DNA of 64,000 nucleotides from an uncultured Gammaproteobacteria bacterium. Its GTDB lineage: Bacteria; Pseudomonadota; Gammaproteobacteria; JAGOUU01. Below the pieces are notes generated by a model. That model saw nothing but the letters and a program-made list of their open reading frames with translations, did no database searches and was not told the DNA's origin. The position numbers were made by a program, and so were the translations under genes. Shown here piece after piece: positions 1-9,078 of the stretch. The DNA lies in the NCBI GenBank assembly GCA_963977185.1, contig CAXBNV010000003.1, forward strand, positions 6,082 through 70,081, written 5' to 3'. The first letter of the stretch is position 1; the number at the start of each line of letters is the position of its first letter.

Positions 1-2
1 TT

Positions 3-236
3 GTTGAAATTTTAACAATTATATTAGAAGAAGAAATAGGGCATGTACAAATAGGTAACAGATGGTATCATTATTTATGTAAACAAAGAAATAAAGAGCC
101 TATTGATACTTTTAAAGAACTGATAAAAAAGTACTTAAAAACTTCTTATTTAAAAGCGCCTTTTTCATATGAATATAGAAAACAAGCAGGTTTTTCTGAT
201 CAAGAGATTAAATTTTTGGAGCATCTAGCATCATGA
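3..236 (+). CDS. Partial (5'-truncated) DUF455-family ferritin-like protein
   Basis: Not in the ORF track. My frame-3 translation, ...ILEEEIGHVQIGNRWYHYLC...APFSYEYRKQAGFS...*, matches the DUF455 C-terminal pattern (EIGHVxxGxRW...AGF). The stop TGA at 234-236 overlaps the next ATG (ATGA). Confidence 0.75.
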   Translation, partial: VEILTIILEEEIGHVQIGNRWYHYLCKQRNKEPIDTFKELIKKYLKTSYLKAPFSYEYRKQAGFSDQEIKFLEHLAS

Positions 237-658
237 GTAACTCAAATATAAGCCAAGAAGATTTAGTGCAAACTTTCGCTTTTTTTGATAATTGGCTTGA
301 TAAATATCAGTACATTATAGATCTTGGTAAAAAAATTCAAGATTTCCCAGATGAATATAAAACATCAGAATATAAAGTAGAAGGTTGTCAGTCTAATGTC
401 TGGATTAAAGCAGATTATAATAACCAAGAAGATAAATTAAAATTTTTAGCTATTAGTGATTCTGCTATTGTTTCAGGATTAATTTATTTATTACTGTTTA
501 TATATAATAATAAAACCCCAAAAGAAATATCAGAACTCGAACCTGACTTTATTAATTTAATCGGTTTAGATAAACATTTAAGTCCAACTAGAAAAAATGG
601 TCTTTACGCAATGCTTAATAAAATTAAGCACTACGCAGCACAGAACATTAAAGAATAG
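233..658 (+). CDS. sufE: SufE/CsdE Fe-S sulfur-acceptor protein
   Basis: W.DKYQYIIDLGK, V.GCQS.VW (active Cys), SDSAIVSGL and LSPTR.NGL motifs. Confidence 0.92.
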   Translation: MSNSNISQEDLVQTFAFFDNWLDKYQYIIDLGKKIQDFPDEYKTSEYKVEGCQSNVWIKADYNNQEDKLKFLAISDSAIVSGLIYLLLFIYNNKTPKEISELEPDFINLIGLDKHLSPTRKNGLYAMLNKIKHYAAQNIKE

Positions 659-690
659 AATGGCCTTTTATAATAAATAAAAAAGCTTGT

Positions 691-996
691 CTATTGCTCT
701 CTTTTTTTAGCAAAAGTGACTAGTATTTTTCTGCTTTTAAGTTGTAAACCATTAAGTTTTACAGCTTTTCTAGCTTCTTTTACAGTGTTAAATTTGACAA
801 ATCCAAAGCCTTTAGATCTACCAGTTTGAGCATCTTTAATTAACTTTAGCGATTCTATTTCACCGCAATTGCTAAAAAAAGTTTTTAATTCATGATATGA
901 AACTCTATAGTCAATATTTCCAATATATACTTCATTATTTTGAGGTAATTTACTGGATGATGATTTTGAAAAAAGATTTTTAAGAAAATTTAGCAT
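691..996 (-). CDS. Single-RRM RNA-binding protein
   Basis: RNP2 VYIGNI, RNP1 KGFGFVKF, and DAQTGRS loop. Confidence 0.9.
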   Translation of the reverse strand: MLNFLKNLFSKSSSSKLPQNNEVYIGNIDYRVSYHELKTFFSNCGEIESLKLIKDAQTGRSKGFGFVKFNTVKEARKAVKLNGLQLKSRKILVTFAKKREQ

Positions 997-1001
997 AATA
1001 A

Positions 1002-1035
1002 ATAATAGGTTATGTAAAATTAAGGAAAAATTAAA
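1002..1035 (-). promoter_or_regulatory. Tandem box TTTAAT-N5-CTTAAT plus -10 TATTAT (PmrA-like) upstream of the RRM gene
   Basis: Minus strand reads TTTAAT ttttc CTTAAT, with TATTAT starting 17 nt after the C. The same architecture occurs at four other sites in the window. Confidence 0.45.
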
Positions 1036-1168
1036 TAATAAACAGCTATTCTAACAAAAAAAGCTAAGAAATAGAAATTATTTTAAATGTTTATTATTTA
1101 ATTTTATGTAATAAATCAAAATTAGAGTATGTCGCGCATTATTAGCTGTTCCAACAATAATTAATATG

Positions 1169-2710
1169 TTATTTATTTTCTGCTGAATTTAAATTACAAA
1201 AATACTGTAAGAGCGCAGGAACAGGGCGTCCAGTTGCCTCTTCTTGGTTATTTGTAATAGTAGAGGAGCCAGCTATATCTAGATGAATCCAAGGATATTC
1301 TTTAGTAAATTCTGATAAAAATAATCCTCCAATAATGCTACCGGCATTCGCCCTTGATGAAGCATTTTTGATATCTGCAAATTTTGAGTCTAAATCTGAC
1401 AAATATTCATAAGCAAGAGGTAGTTCCCATATTGGATCATATATTTCTGTAGCAGCTTTATTTAAATTACCTGTAAGATTTTTATTATTACCCATAACAG
1501 CAGTATAATTATCTCCAAGAGCAACTACTGCAGCGCCTGTTAATGTTGCGATGTCTATTATAGCTTTTGGCTCTAATGTGGTTGCGTATGTGATTGCATC
1601 ACATAAAACAAGTCTACCTTCAGCATCTGTGTTAGTTATTTCTATAGTTTTACCAGATAAACTTGTAATAATATCATCAGGTCTTGTTGCTGATTTACTA
1701 ACCATGTTTTCAGCACAGGCTAAAATTCCAACGACATTTAAATCTAAATCTAATTTAGCAATGCCCATCATGGTGCCTAAAACAGACGCTGCGCCACACA
1801 TATCATATTTCATTCCAAGCATTGCTTGTCTTGGTTTTAAACTATAGCCACCTGTATCAAAAGTAATTCCTTTGCCTATTAAAGCATGTGGAGGAGTATT
1901 ATTATTAATAGAGCTATATTTTATAATTATTATTTTTCCATGGTTTTTACTAGATTTACTAATACAAGTGAAAGCTCCAAATCCTTGTTCTTCTAATTCT
2001 TTTTGTTCTATTATTTCTATTGATATTTTATTATAATAACTTGCAATAATTTGTGCTTGCTCGGCTATAAAGTTTGGAGTGCAAATGTTTGGAGGAAGGT
2101 TTGCTAGATTTTTAGTAATATCGACAGAATTATTAATTGCTTCTAATAACTTATAATTTTCTTTTATTTCTTGAGATATTTGATCTTCAGGAATAAATAT
2201 ATCTAAGTTATATTTAATTTTATCAGTATTAAAGATGTTATTATAATTTTTATTAATTTTTATTTCATAATTGGCGTCGTTGCTAGCTAAAATAATTTGT
2301 TTAGTTTTATATAAATAATTATTATTTTCATCAGAATTTAAATCTAGTAATGCAAAAAAATTAATAATACTTGTATTATTTGATAAATAATTATGTGATT
2401 TAAGAATACTTATAGAGTTTTTAATAAGATTATAAAACTTATAGCAATCAAGTTTACTTTTATCACCAGCGCCAATTAATAAAATTTTTTGCTTAAAATC
2501 TTTAGGATTATATAATAAAGAATGCTGCAAGTATTTTAAAGAAAAGTCTTTATCTTGCAAAATATTATTTATAAAAGCAAATAAATCATTATTGTCGCTA
2601 TCTGTATCAAAAATTGGATATAATTTAGATAGTTTTTTTTGATTATTATAAACAGGAATAATTAATAAGTTATATTTTGAATCTATATTAGTTGTGAAGT
2701 TATAAGACAT
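1169..2710 (-). CDS. pepA: Leucyl aminopeptidase (M17)
   Basis: GKGITFDTGG, MKYDMCG, NTDAEGRL and IATLTGA motifs; divergent from lptF as is usual. Start placed at ATG 2710 because the track start (2809) overlaps lptF. Confidence 0.92.
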   Translation of the reverse strand: MSYNFTTNIDSKYNLLIIPVYNNQKKLSKLYPIFDTDSDNNDLFAFINNILQDKDFSLKYLQHSLLYNPKDFKQKILLIGAGDKSKLDCYKFYNLIKNSISILKSHNYLSNNTSIINFFALLDLNSDENNNYLYKTKQIILASNDANYEIKINKNYNNIFNTDKIKYNLDIFIPEDQISQEIKENYKLLEAINNSVDITKNLANLPPNICTPNFIAEQAQIIASYYNKISIEIIEQKELEEQGFGAFTCISKSSKNHGKIIIIKYSSINNNTPPHALIGKGITFDTGGYSLKPRQAMLGMKYDMCGAASVLGTMMGIAKLDLDLNVVGILACAENMVSKSATRPDDIITSLSGKTIEITNTDAEGRLVLCDAITYATTLEPKAIIDIATLTGAAVVALGDNYTAVMGNNKNLTGNLNKAATEIYDPIWELPLAYEYLSDLDSKFADIKNASSRANAGSIIGGLFLSEFTKEYPWIHLDIAGSSTITNNQEEATGRPVPALLQYFCNLNSAENK

Positions 2711-2729
2711 AATTTTAAAGGGCTCAGTT

Positions 2730-3770
2730 TTGATTGTACAAAAGTATTTAAGTAAACAAGTAAAAAAGACTTCTATTAGTATTATAATAATATTATTATT
2801 CATTGTCACATCGAATCAATACATTTCCTTATTATCAAAAGCGGTACATGGCAAAATAGTTAAAGAAGGTATTCTTGATATTTTATTTCTTAGCATGCCA
2901 ACTTTACTGGGGGTGTTGCTGCCTATAGCTTTGTTTTTAGGTATAATTTTAGTTCTAAGTAGGCTTTATGCTGATTCAGAAATGGTCATATTAAACAGCA
3001 ATGGAATTGGACCTTTAGATATATTAAATTATATAAAATGGCCTATCTTAAGCTTTGCGTTGATTGCTGCTGTAGTTAATCTATATGTCAATCCTAAAGT
3101 CATGTATTATAAAGATTTTTTTAAAAACAAATATCAAGCAATTGCAAAATTACAACATTTGCCAGTTGGTGAGTTTTTATCTTTTGCTAATGGTAAATAT
3201 GTAATTTACATATCTAATAAAGTTAATGATGATAAAGAGTTAGAAAATATATTTCTTGCTGAAGATAATGCTGACTCTTTAATATTAAGCCAAAAAGCAA
3301 GTTTTGTTAAAGGTGATAATAATGAACGTATTTTGGTTTTACATGATGGCATGAGATATCATGGAATATCTGACAAAAAGAGCTTAAATGTTATTGAGTT
3401 TAAAAAACATGGGTTTATGCTACCCAAAATTAATATATCTAACAAATTAGATAAAAAAGAAAAGCCTACCAAATTATTATTTAATTCACAATTACTAGAA
3501 GATAAATTAGAATTACAGTGGCGTATAAGTTTTGTATTGGCGCCATTAATATTAGCTATTTTAGCTATTCCCTTAAGTAGAGTGAGTCCAAGACAAGGTA
3601 AATTTACTAAAATAATACCGGCTATATTAATATTTATATCCTATTATAATTTGCTGGCAAGCTCTATTGATTGGGTTGAAGCAGGATATATTCCTTTGTG
3701 GATTGGTCTTTGGTGGGTTCATCTTTTATTTTTAACAGCAGCCATATGGCTTTGGCGTAAAAAATTATGA
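2730..3770 (+). CDS. lptF: LPS export ABC transporter permease LptF
   Basis: RLYADSEM, ELQWRIS and PRQG motifs; six TM segments; pepA-lptF-lptG synteny. Confidence 0.92.
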   Translation: MIVQKYLSKQVKKTSISIIIILLFIVTSNQYISLLSKAVHGKIVKEGILDILFLSMPTLLGVLLPIALFLGIILVLSRLYADSEMVILNSNGIGPLDILNYIKWPILSFALIAAVVNLYVNPKVMYYKDFFKNKYQAIAKLQHLPVGEFLSFANGKYVIYISNKVNDDKELENIFLAEDNADSLILSQKASFVKGDNNERILVLHDGMRYHGISDKKSLNVIEFKKHGFMLPKINISNKLDKKEKPTKLLFNSQLLEDKLELQWRISFVLAPLILAILAIPLSRVSPRQGKFTKIIPAILIFISYYNLLASSIDWVEAGYIPLWIGLWWVHLLFLTAAIWLWRKKL

Positions 3771-4843
3771 GGCTTTTTAAAGTAGTTCATTTCTATATAG
3801 CAAAATATATATTTTTAATGACTTGCGTCAGTATGCTTTTTATTGCAGCGTTAGATATTTTTTTTAATTTCTTAGCTGTACAAAATAATGTTGGTGTTGG
3901 TAATTTTAATTTATTAAATGCGTTTTTATATGCTATTTTATGCTCGCCTGCTCATTTAGTACAAATATTTCCAATAACTATGTTGTTAGGAGTAGTTTTT
4001 GGACTGGGTGTTTTATCATATCGTAGCGAGCTTATCATTTTGCAAGCTAATGGTTTATCTGTTTTTAATTTGTTAACAATTGTTATTATTGTAGGTATGT
4101 TTTTCACAGCTATAAATATGACAATAGAAGAGTTTGTTGCTCCAAAAGCAAGGCAATTAGCTGAATTAAATAGAGCTGTTGCAAGATCAGGAAGTTTTGC
4201 TGCAACTAGCAAAGAAGGAGTTTGGCTAAAATTAAATACAGATTTTATTCATATTAACGAAATATTATTAGATGGTACAATAAGAGGCGTTACTAGATAT
4301 TTTATAGTAAATAATAAAATACAAAAAATTATAAAAGCAGACAAATTGCATTACAAAAAGAAAACTTGGTATGCTGAAAATGTGACTATCACCAAGATAG
4401 GCTCAGCTCATTATAAAAAAGAATACGTAGATAAAAGTATTTGGGATAATTTTTTACAGCCAGAGTTTCTCGAAGTTGTTTCTGTATCACCAGAATATTT
4501 AGGTATGCGTGATTTAATTAAATTTATTAAATTTCGTAAAGAAAATCACTTGAATAACAAAAGCTTAAAGCTTGCTTTGTACCAAAAAATATCACAACCA
4601 TTTATTGTTTTAATAATGATTTTATTAGGTTTCCCTTTTGTATTTGGTAAACAAAGATCATTAAATTTTGGTTTAAAAGCTTTTTTAGCTATTATATTAG
4701 GGCTTATATATTTTTTAGTATCAAGAACTTTTATTGTAATGGTTCAAGCTTATAAATGGCCTTTAATAATAGGGGTCTTAGGTCCAGGAATAATATTTGG
4801 CAGTTTTGCACTTTATTTATTATATAGAACGATTAGAATTTAA
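3767..4843 (+). CDS. lptG: LPS export ABC transporter permease LptG
   Basis: SEL.ILQA.GLS, E.VAP and G.WL motifs; ATGA overlap with lptF. Confidence 0.92.
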   Translation: MRLFKVVHFYIAKYIFLMTCVSMLFIAALDIFFNFLAVQNNVGVGNFNLLNAFLYAILCSPAHLVQIFPITMLLGVVFGLGVLSYRSELIILQANGLSVFNLLTIVIIVGMFFTAINMTIEEFVAPKARQLAELNRAVARSGSFAATSKEGVWLKLNTDFIHINEILLDGTIRGVTRYFIVNNKIQKIIKADKLHYKKKTWYAENVTITKIGSAHYKKEYVDKSIWDNFLQPEFLEVVSVSPEYLGMRDLIKFIKFRKENHLNNKSLKLALYQKISQPFIVLIMILLGFPFVFGKQRSLNFGLKAFLAIILGLIYFLVSRTFIVMVQAYKWPLIIGVLGPGIIFGSFALYLLYRTIRI

Positions 4844-4851
4844 TTTAAATT

Positions 4852-6624
4852 ATGCCAGAAAATACAGTTGAAAGAAATTTATTAAATTTGAATAATGCTA
4901 TTTTAGCTTTAGAATATCAGCAAAAACATGGTTATGCTTTATCTACAATGGAGTTTAAGGCCATTATTTCTGAAGACGAGTTTAATAAATTATATTTAAA
5001 GTTAATAAGTATATTAAAAATAACTGATAATGTTGTAATGACTTTACTATCAAAAGGTAAATTTAGATTACAAAAAAAAATTTATGACCTACCAAGAACT
5101 ATACAAATATATCAAGATAATATAGGTTCTTATGTTATTGCTTTTGAAGCAAAAAGATCTATTGCTGGAGGTGATAAGGTTTGTAGATCTAAGGTTAAAG
5201 GAGGCACGTATAAAAGTTTTAGCAAAGCATTTATTTTAAATTTACCTAAAAATGAAATATTAGGTGACATTGATAATCAATTGGCATCTTTAGTAATGAG
5301 AAATTATGATGATGAAACAGGTTGTAATTATATAGAGGCGGATATAACGCATGAAACTAGTGCTGGAGTTAAGTTATATTATTTTGCTTATGAAAATAAA
5401 GATATAAAAAAACTAGCTTTTTATGGCAAAATGGGAACGCCTTTATTTGATTATTTTAACGATTCAAATTTATACAATTCTTTAACTATTCAAGATAAAC
5501 AAGATATTTTTAATAGTATAGTAAATCAATTATATATATTACATAATGCCAAGATTATACATCAAGATATTAAACCAGATAATATTATTGTTTATTATAA
5601 TAAAGCAGCTAAAAAATACTATACAAAGTTAAATGATTTTGGAATTTCAAATAAACTTTATAATAAAGCATTAGCAACTATAGGATATGAGTCACCAGAA
5701 ATGGTTGAAGGTAAATTTATATCTAAAAATTATAATTTTAGATCGCATAATGTAGCAACCTTATCAATGAGATTATATAATTTAAATTATCGTGGTATAA
5801 ACTCTCGTTTTTTTTATTCTTTGCCTAATAGCTCATTTTTTCCATCTAGAAGTAATGATATGTGGGCTTTAGGAGTTGTTTATTTTCAATTAATGTATTC
5901 ACCAAATATTGCTAACAATATGATTCAAATATCTGATGAAAATTTAACTGAGTTGAAATTTATTGGCAAATTAGATAAGATCATTCAACAATTGTTAATA
6001 AGATATGAAAAGAGGACGTCTATAGCTAAACTTATGCTTTATTTACAAAACAGCCAAACAGAAAATAACGATTTATTATTATATACAATGCTAAATATAG
6101 GTAATAAATTTAGGGGGTTAGGTAAATATGCAAGTGATGGAGAGGTTCTAAATGTTAAAAATAAATGTGAACATTTAAGTATATTAGGAGAAAAATTTAA
6201 AGAAAATATATTTAATAACTATAGCGTGCAAGATTTAGAGTATTTATTTTTATTTATTCAAAATTTGATTGATCAATATCAATATTATGTTAGCTATACA
6301 GATATATCACCACAAACAGTAACGAATGGAGATGCTATTGTAGAAATTAATAAGCAGTTTAAAATTCTTATTGATTATTTTGCAAGTTATTTTACTGCAG
6401 CAAAAAAAGTGTTAAAAGTAAATGGTTTTTTACTTAATATATCATCAGACATCAATTTATTAGATATAATTTGCGATAAATTTTCTGAACTTTTAAGTAA
6501 AGAAGAATTAATTTATATTCAAGATTATCAAGGGAAAGTTTCATCAATAGAAGATAGAAATTTGCCTGATTTAGATAAAAAAGATCAAGCCGTACATGAA
6601 GCTGAAGCTAGAAAATTAGCGTAA
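4852..6624 (+). CDS. Eukaryotic-like (Hanks) Ser/Thr protein kinase with helical C-terminal extension; putative effector
   Basis: Catalytic loop HQDIKPDN, DFG, GYESPE (APE-like), DMWALG and Gly-rich KGGTYK; no signal peptide or TM segment seen. Confidence 0.85.
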   Translation: MPENTVERNLLNLNNAILALEYQQKHGYALSTMEFKAIISEDEFNKLYLKLISILKITDNVVMTLLSKGKFRLQKKIYDLPRTIQIYQDNIGSYVIAFEAKRSIAGGDKVCRSKVKGGTYKSFSKAFILNLPKNEILGDIDNQLASLVMRNYDDETGCNYIEADITHETSAGVKLYYFAYENKDIKKLAFYGKMGTPLFDYFNDSNLYNSLTIQDKQDIFNSIVNQLYILHNAKIIHQDIKPDNIIVYYNKAAKKYYTKLNDFGISNKLYNKALATIGYESPEMVEGKFISKNYNFRSHNVATLSMRLYNLNYRGINSRFFYSLPNSSFFPSRSNDMWALGVVYFQLMYSPNIANNMIQISDENLTELKFIGKLDKIIQQLLIRYEKRTSIAKLMLYLQNSQTENNDLLLYTMLNIGNKFRGLGKYASDGEVLNVKNKCEHLSILGEKFKENIFNNYSVQDLEYLFLFIQNLIDQYQYYVSYTDISPQTVTNGDAIVEINKQFKILIDYFASYFTAAKKVLKVNGFLLNISSDINLLDIICDKFSELLSKEELIYIQDYQGKVSSIEDRNLPDLDKKDQAVHEAEARKLA

Positions 6625-6635
6625 AATTAACGAAT

Positions 6636-7547
6636 TTATTTATGAAATAAGGCTCTAATAAAAATTTTTATAAAATCTAATTTTGATAAGTATGGTCTTT
6701 GAAATATATTATCTTGAGTAAAATTATTATTTTTAAATTTATTTATTAAATAAAGAGCTGCTTCAATAATAGCTTTTATTTCTAATTTAAATCTTCCGGA
6801 TAAATTCTTTAATAAATTTTGTTTGTTTTTTATTATTAGTTTGTAAGCTTGTTCTAAAATTTCTTCTCTTGCTTTAATCCAGTTTAAGCTCGATTGATTA
6901 GATATTATATCAGATAGATTTAAATTATATTTTTCTAAAATATCAACTGGTATATAACATCGTTTTCTTTCTATATAATCGCTTTTAATATCTTGCATAA
7001 AATTAATAATTTGCAAAGCAGAGCAGATGTTGTCGCTTGCAATTAATGATTTTTTATCTGTTACATTATTTAAGTTTAATAATAACCTACCAATAGGGTT
7101 TGCAGAATATTTACAATAATAAAGAAGTTCTTGGAAATCACTATATTTATTTTTAATAATATCTTGTTTAAATGCTATAAGTAAATGTAGTAATAAGTTA
7201 ATAGAAATATTATGCTTGTTAATAGAATCTTTTAGATGGCTTAAAAAACTTAATGACAAATTTTTGTCAGTAAGTTTTTTCAATTCTAAATAAGATACTT
7301 TATCTATATTTTCTATAATGCGTTCTAGTTCATTAATTAATTTAGATTTTTGTTTTTGGTTTAAAATATTAGAATCTACAATATCATCAGCATATCTTGC
7401 ATAAGTATATATGGCTATAATTGGAGATCTTAATTTTTTAGGTAATAATTTTGATGCAACAGGAAAATTTTCATAATGATTTTTAGTAATATTAGAGCAA
7501 TAATTAAAAGAGTTTTTTATTAATATATTCTTATTTATATTAGTCAT
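6636..7547 (-). CDS. hpnC: Squalene synthase HpnC family (isoprenoid synthase fold)
   Basis: HYENFPVAS..LP, YARYADDIVD, YC.YSANPIGRL and LQIINF.QD motifs. Confidence 0.85.
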   Translation of the reverse strand: MTNINKNILIKNSFNYCSNITKNHYENFPVASKLLPKKLRSPIIAIYTYARYADDIVDSNILNQKQKSKLINELERIIENIDKVSYLELKKLTDKNLSLSFLSHLKDSINKHNISINLLLHLLIAFKQDIIKNKYSDFQELLYYCKYSANPIGRLLLNLNNVTDKKSLIASDNICSALQIINFMQDIKSDYIERKRCYIPVDILEKYNLNLSDIISNQSSLNWIKAREEILEQAYKLIIKNKQNLLKNLSGRFKLEIKAIIEAALYLINKFKNNNFTQDNIFQRPYLSKLDFIKIFIRALFHK

Positions 7548-7555
7548 GATTATAT

Positions 7556-8251
7556 TTATATATCAAATAATTTAATTATTTCACTTATATCTTTCATGTA
7601 AAAGTCAGCATTCCATGCAGATGCTTCCTCAGGATTGCCTATATAACCATATAAAGCAACAGCAGTAAACGTTCCTGCATATTTACCAGCGGTTATATCA
7701 TTAATTGAGTCTCCTAAAAAAACACAATCTTGTGCTTTCATATCAAGTTGTTCTAAAGCATATAATACCGGATCAGGATGAGGTTTTGGATTAGCCGCAG
7801 TATCTTGCCCAACTACACAAGAACAATTTTTAAATATATTATATTTTGCTATAAGTTCTTTAGTTAGTTTTTCATATTTATTAGTAACAATACCCCATTT
7901 GATATTATTTGTATCTAAAAAATTGATGACATTTTCAGTGTTTTTAAATATTTCGCTGTGATCATCCATATGATTAGAATAATATTCAATTACTTCATTT
8001 ATTATTTTATTAATATCTAAATTAGAAGTATCTATATCAGGATGATTATATAAATGAGTTTCTAATATTTTTTTTGATCCATAAGATATAAATTTTCTAA
8101 CCTCTTCGGTGTTTATTGAAGGTATATTATATTTCTCAAAAACATTATTAAGTGCTTTTTTAATATCATGTATAGTGTCAATTAAAGTACCGTCTAAATC
8201 AAATAGAACGGCTTTAAAGTTATGTTTAAGTGTTTTTTCTTGCATATACAA
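7556..8251 (-). CDS. gph: HAD phosphatase (phosphoglycolate phosphatase/MupP-like)
   Basis: FDLDGTL, WGIVTNK, KPHPDP and GDS..DI.AG motifs; directly downstream of ubiG. Confidence 0.85.
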   Translation of the reverse strand: MYMQEKTLKHNFKAVLFDLDGTLIDTIHDIKKALNNVFEKYNIPSINTEEVRKFISYGSKKILETHLYNHPDIDTSNLDINKIINEVIEYYSNHMDDHSEIFKNTENVINFLDTNNIKWGIVTNKYEKLTKELIAKYNIFKNCSCVVGQDTAANPKPHPDPVLYALEQLDMKAQDCVFLGDSINDITAGKYAGTFTAVALYGYIGNPEEASAWNADFYMKDISEIIKLFDI

Positions 8252-8966
8252 TATAATTTACATCTATATTATTTGTTAAATAAAATTCATCTTTGAGAAT
8301 ATTATATTCAATACCTATTTGCTTTTCTATGGTTAAATCATTAGCTCGAAGCATTGCTGATAGTTCGCTTGGTTTAATGAATTTATTATATTCATGGGTA
8401 TTCATGGGTAATATTTTTAATAAATACTCAGCTCCAACAATTGATTTTAAATAAGATTTAAAGTTTCTATTTAGAGTTGAAAGAAATATTATACCATTGT
8501 CATCTAACAGTTCGCATGCATTTTCTATTATTTTTTCAGGATAGGGCACATGTTCAAGCATTTCCATGCAAGTTATAATTTGGTATTTGTTTTTTGGATT
8601 ACTGTTATTTTGTCTTTCAGATAATTTATCTAATGCAATATTTTCAAAAGATATATTAATGTTCTTATCTTTATATTGATCTAACACATGCATCTTTGCA
8701 GCCATTATGGCTTTTTTAGCAAGATCAATTCCAGTAACATTAGCTCCTAATTCAGCAAGTTTTACACTTAAAAGCCCAGCGCCACAACCAATATCTAAAA
8801 TATTTTTATTATTGATATCTATATTGTCAGTAATGAAATTAGCTCTTAAAGGATTAATTTGATGTAAAGTTTTTAATGGTCCATTAGGGTCCCACCAACT
8901 GTGGGCAAGTTTATCAAACTTATTAATTTCTTCTTGATCAAGATTTTCTGGATTTTTATTATTCAT
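8226..8966 (-). CDS. ubiG: Ubiquinone biosynthesis O-methyltransferase UbiG
   Basis: WWD.NG..K.LH.INPLR, LDIGCGAG and CMEMLEHVP motifs. Confidence 0.95.
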   Translation of the reverse strand: MNNKNPENLDQEEINKFDKLAHSWWDPNGPLKTLHQINPLRANFITDNIDINNKNILDIGCGAGLLSVKLAELGANVTGIDLAKKAIMAAKMHVLDQYKDKNINISFENIALDKLSERQNNSNPKNKYQIITCMEMLEHVPYPEKIIENACELLDDNGIIFLSTLNRNFKSYLKSIVGAEYLLKILPMNTHEYNKFIKPSELSAMLRANDLTIEKQIGIEYNILKDEFYLTNNIDVNYIVYARKNT

Positions 8967-9078
8967 TTGTAATATTGTTGATTAACGTAGTTTTTTAATT
9001 TGTAATTACTTATTATACTAAAAAATTAAAACAGTGTTAACATGTTTATTAATCATCATAAAATTAGGTTATAAGGAA

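Noticed and set aside
2711-2809. N-terminal extension of pepA given by the ORF track
   Set aside because: It overlaps the lptF coding start on the other strand; ATG 2710 is more plausible.
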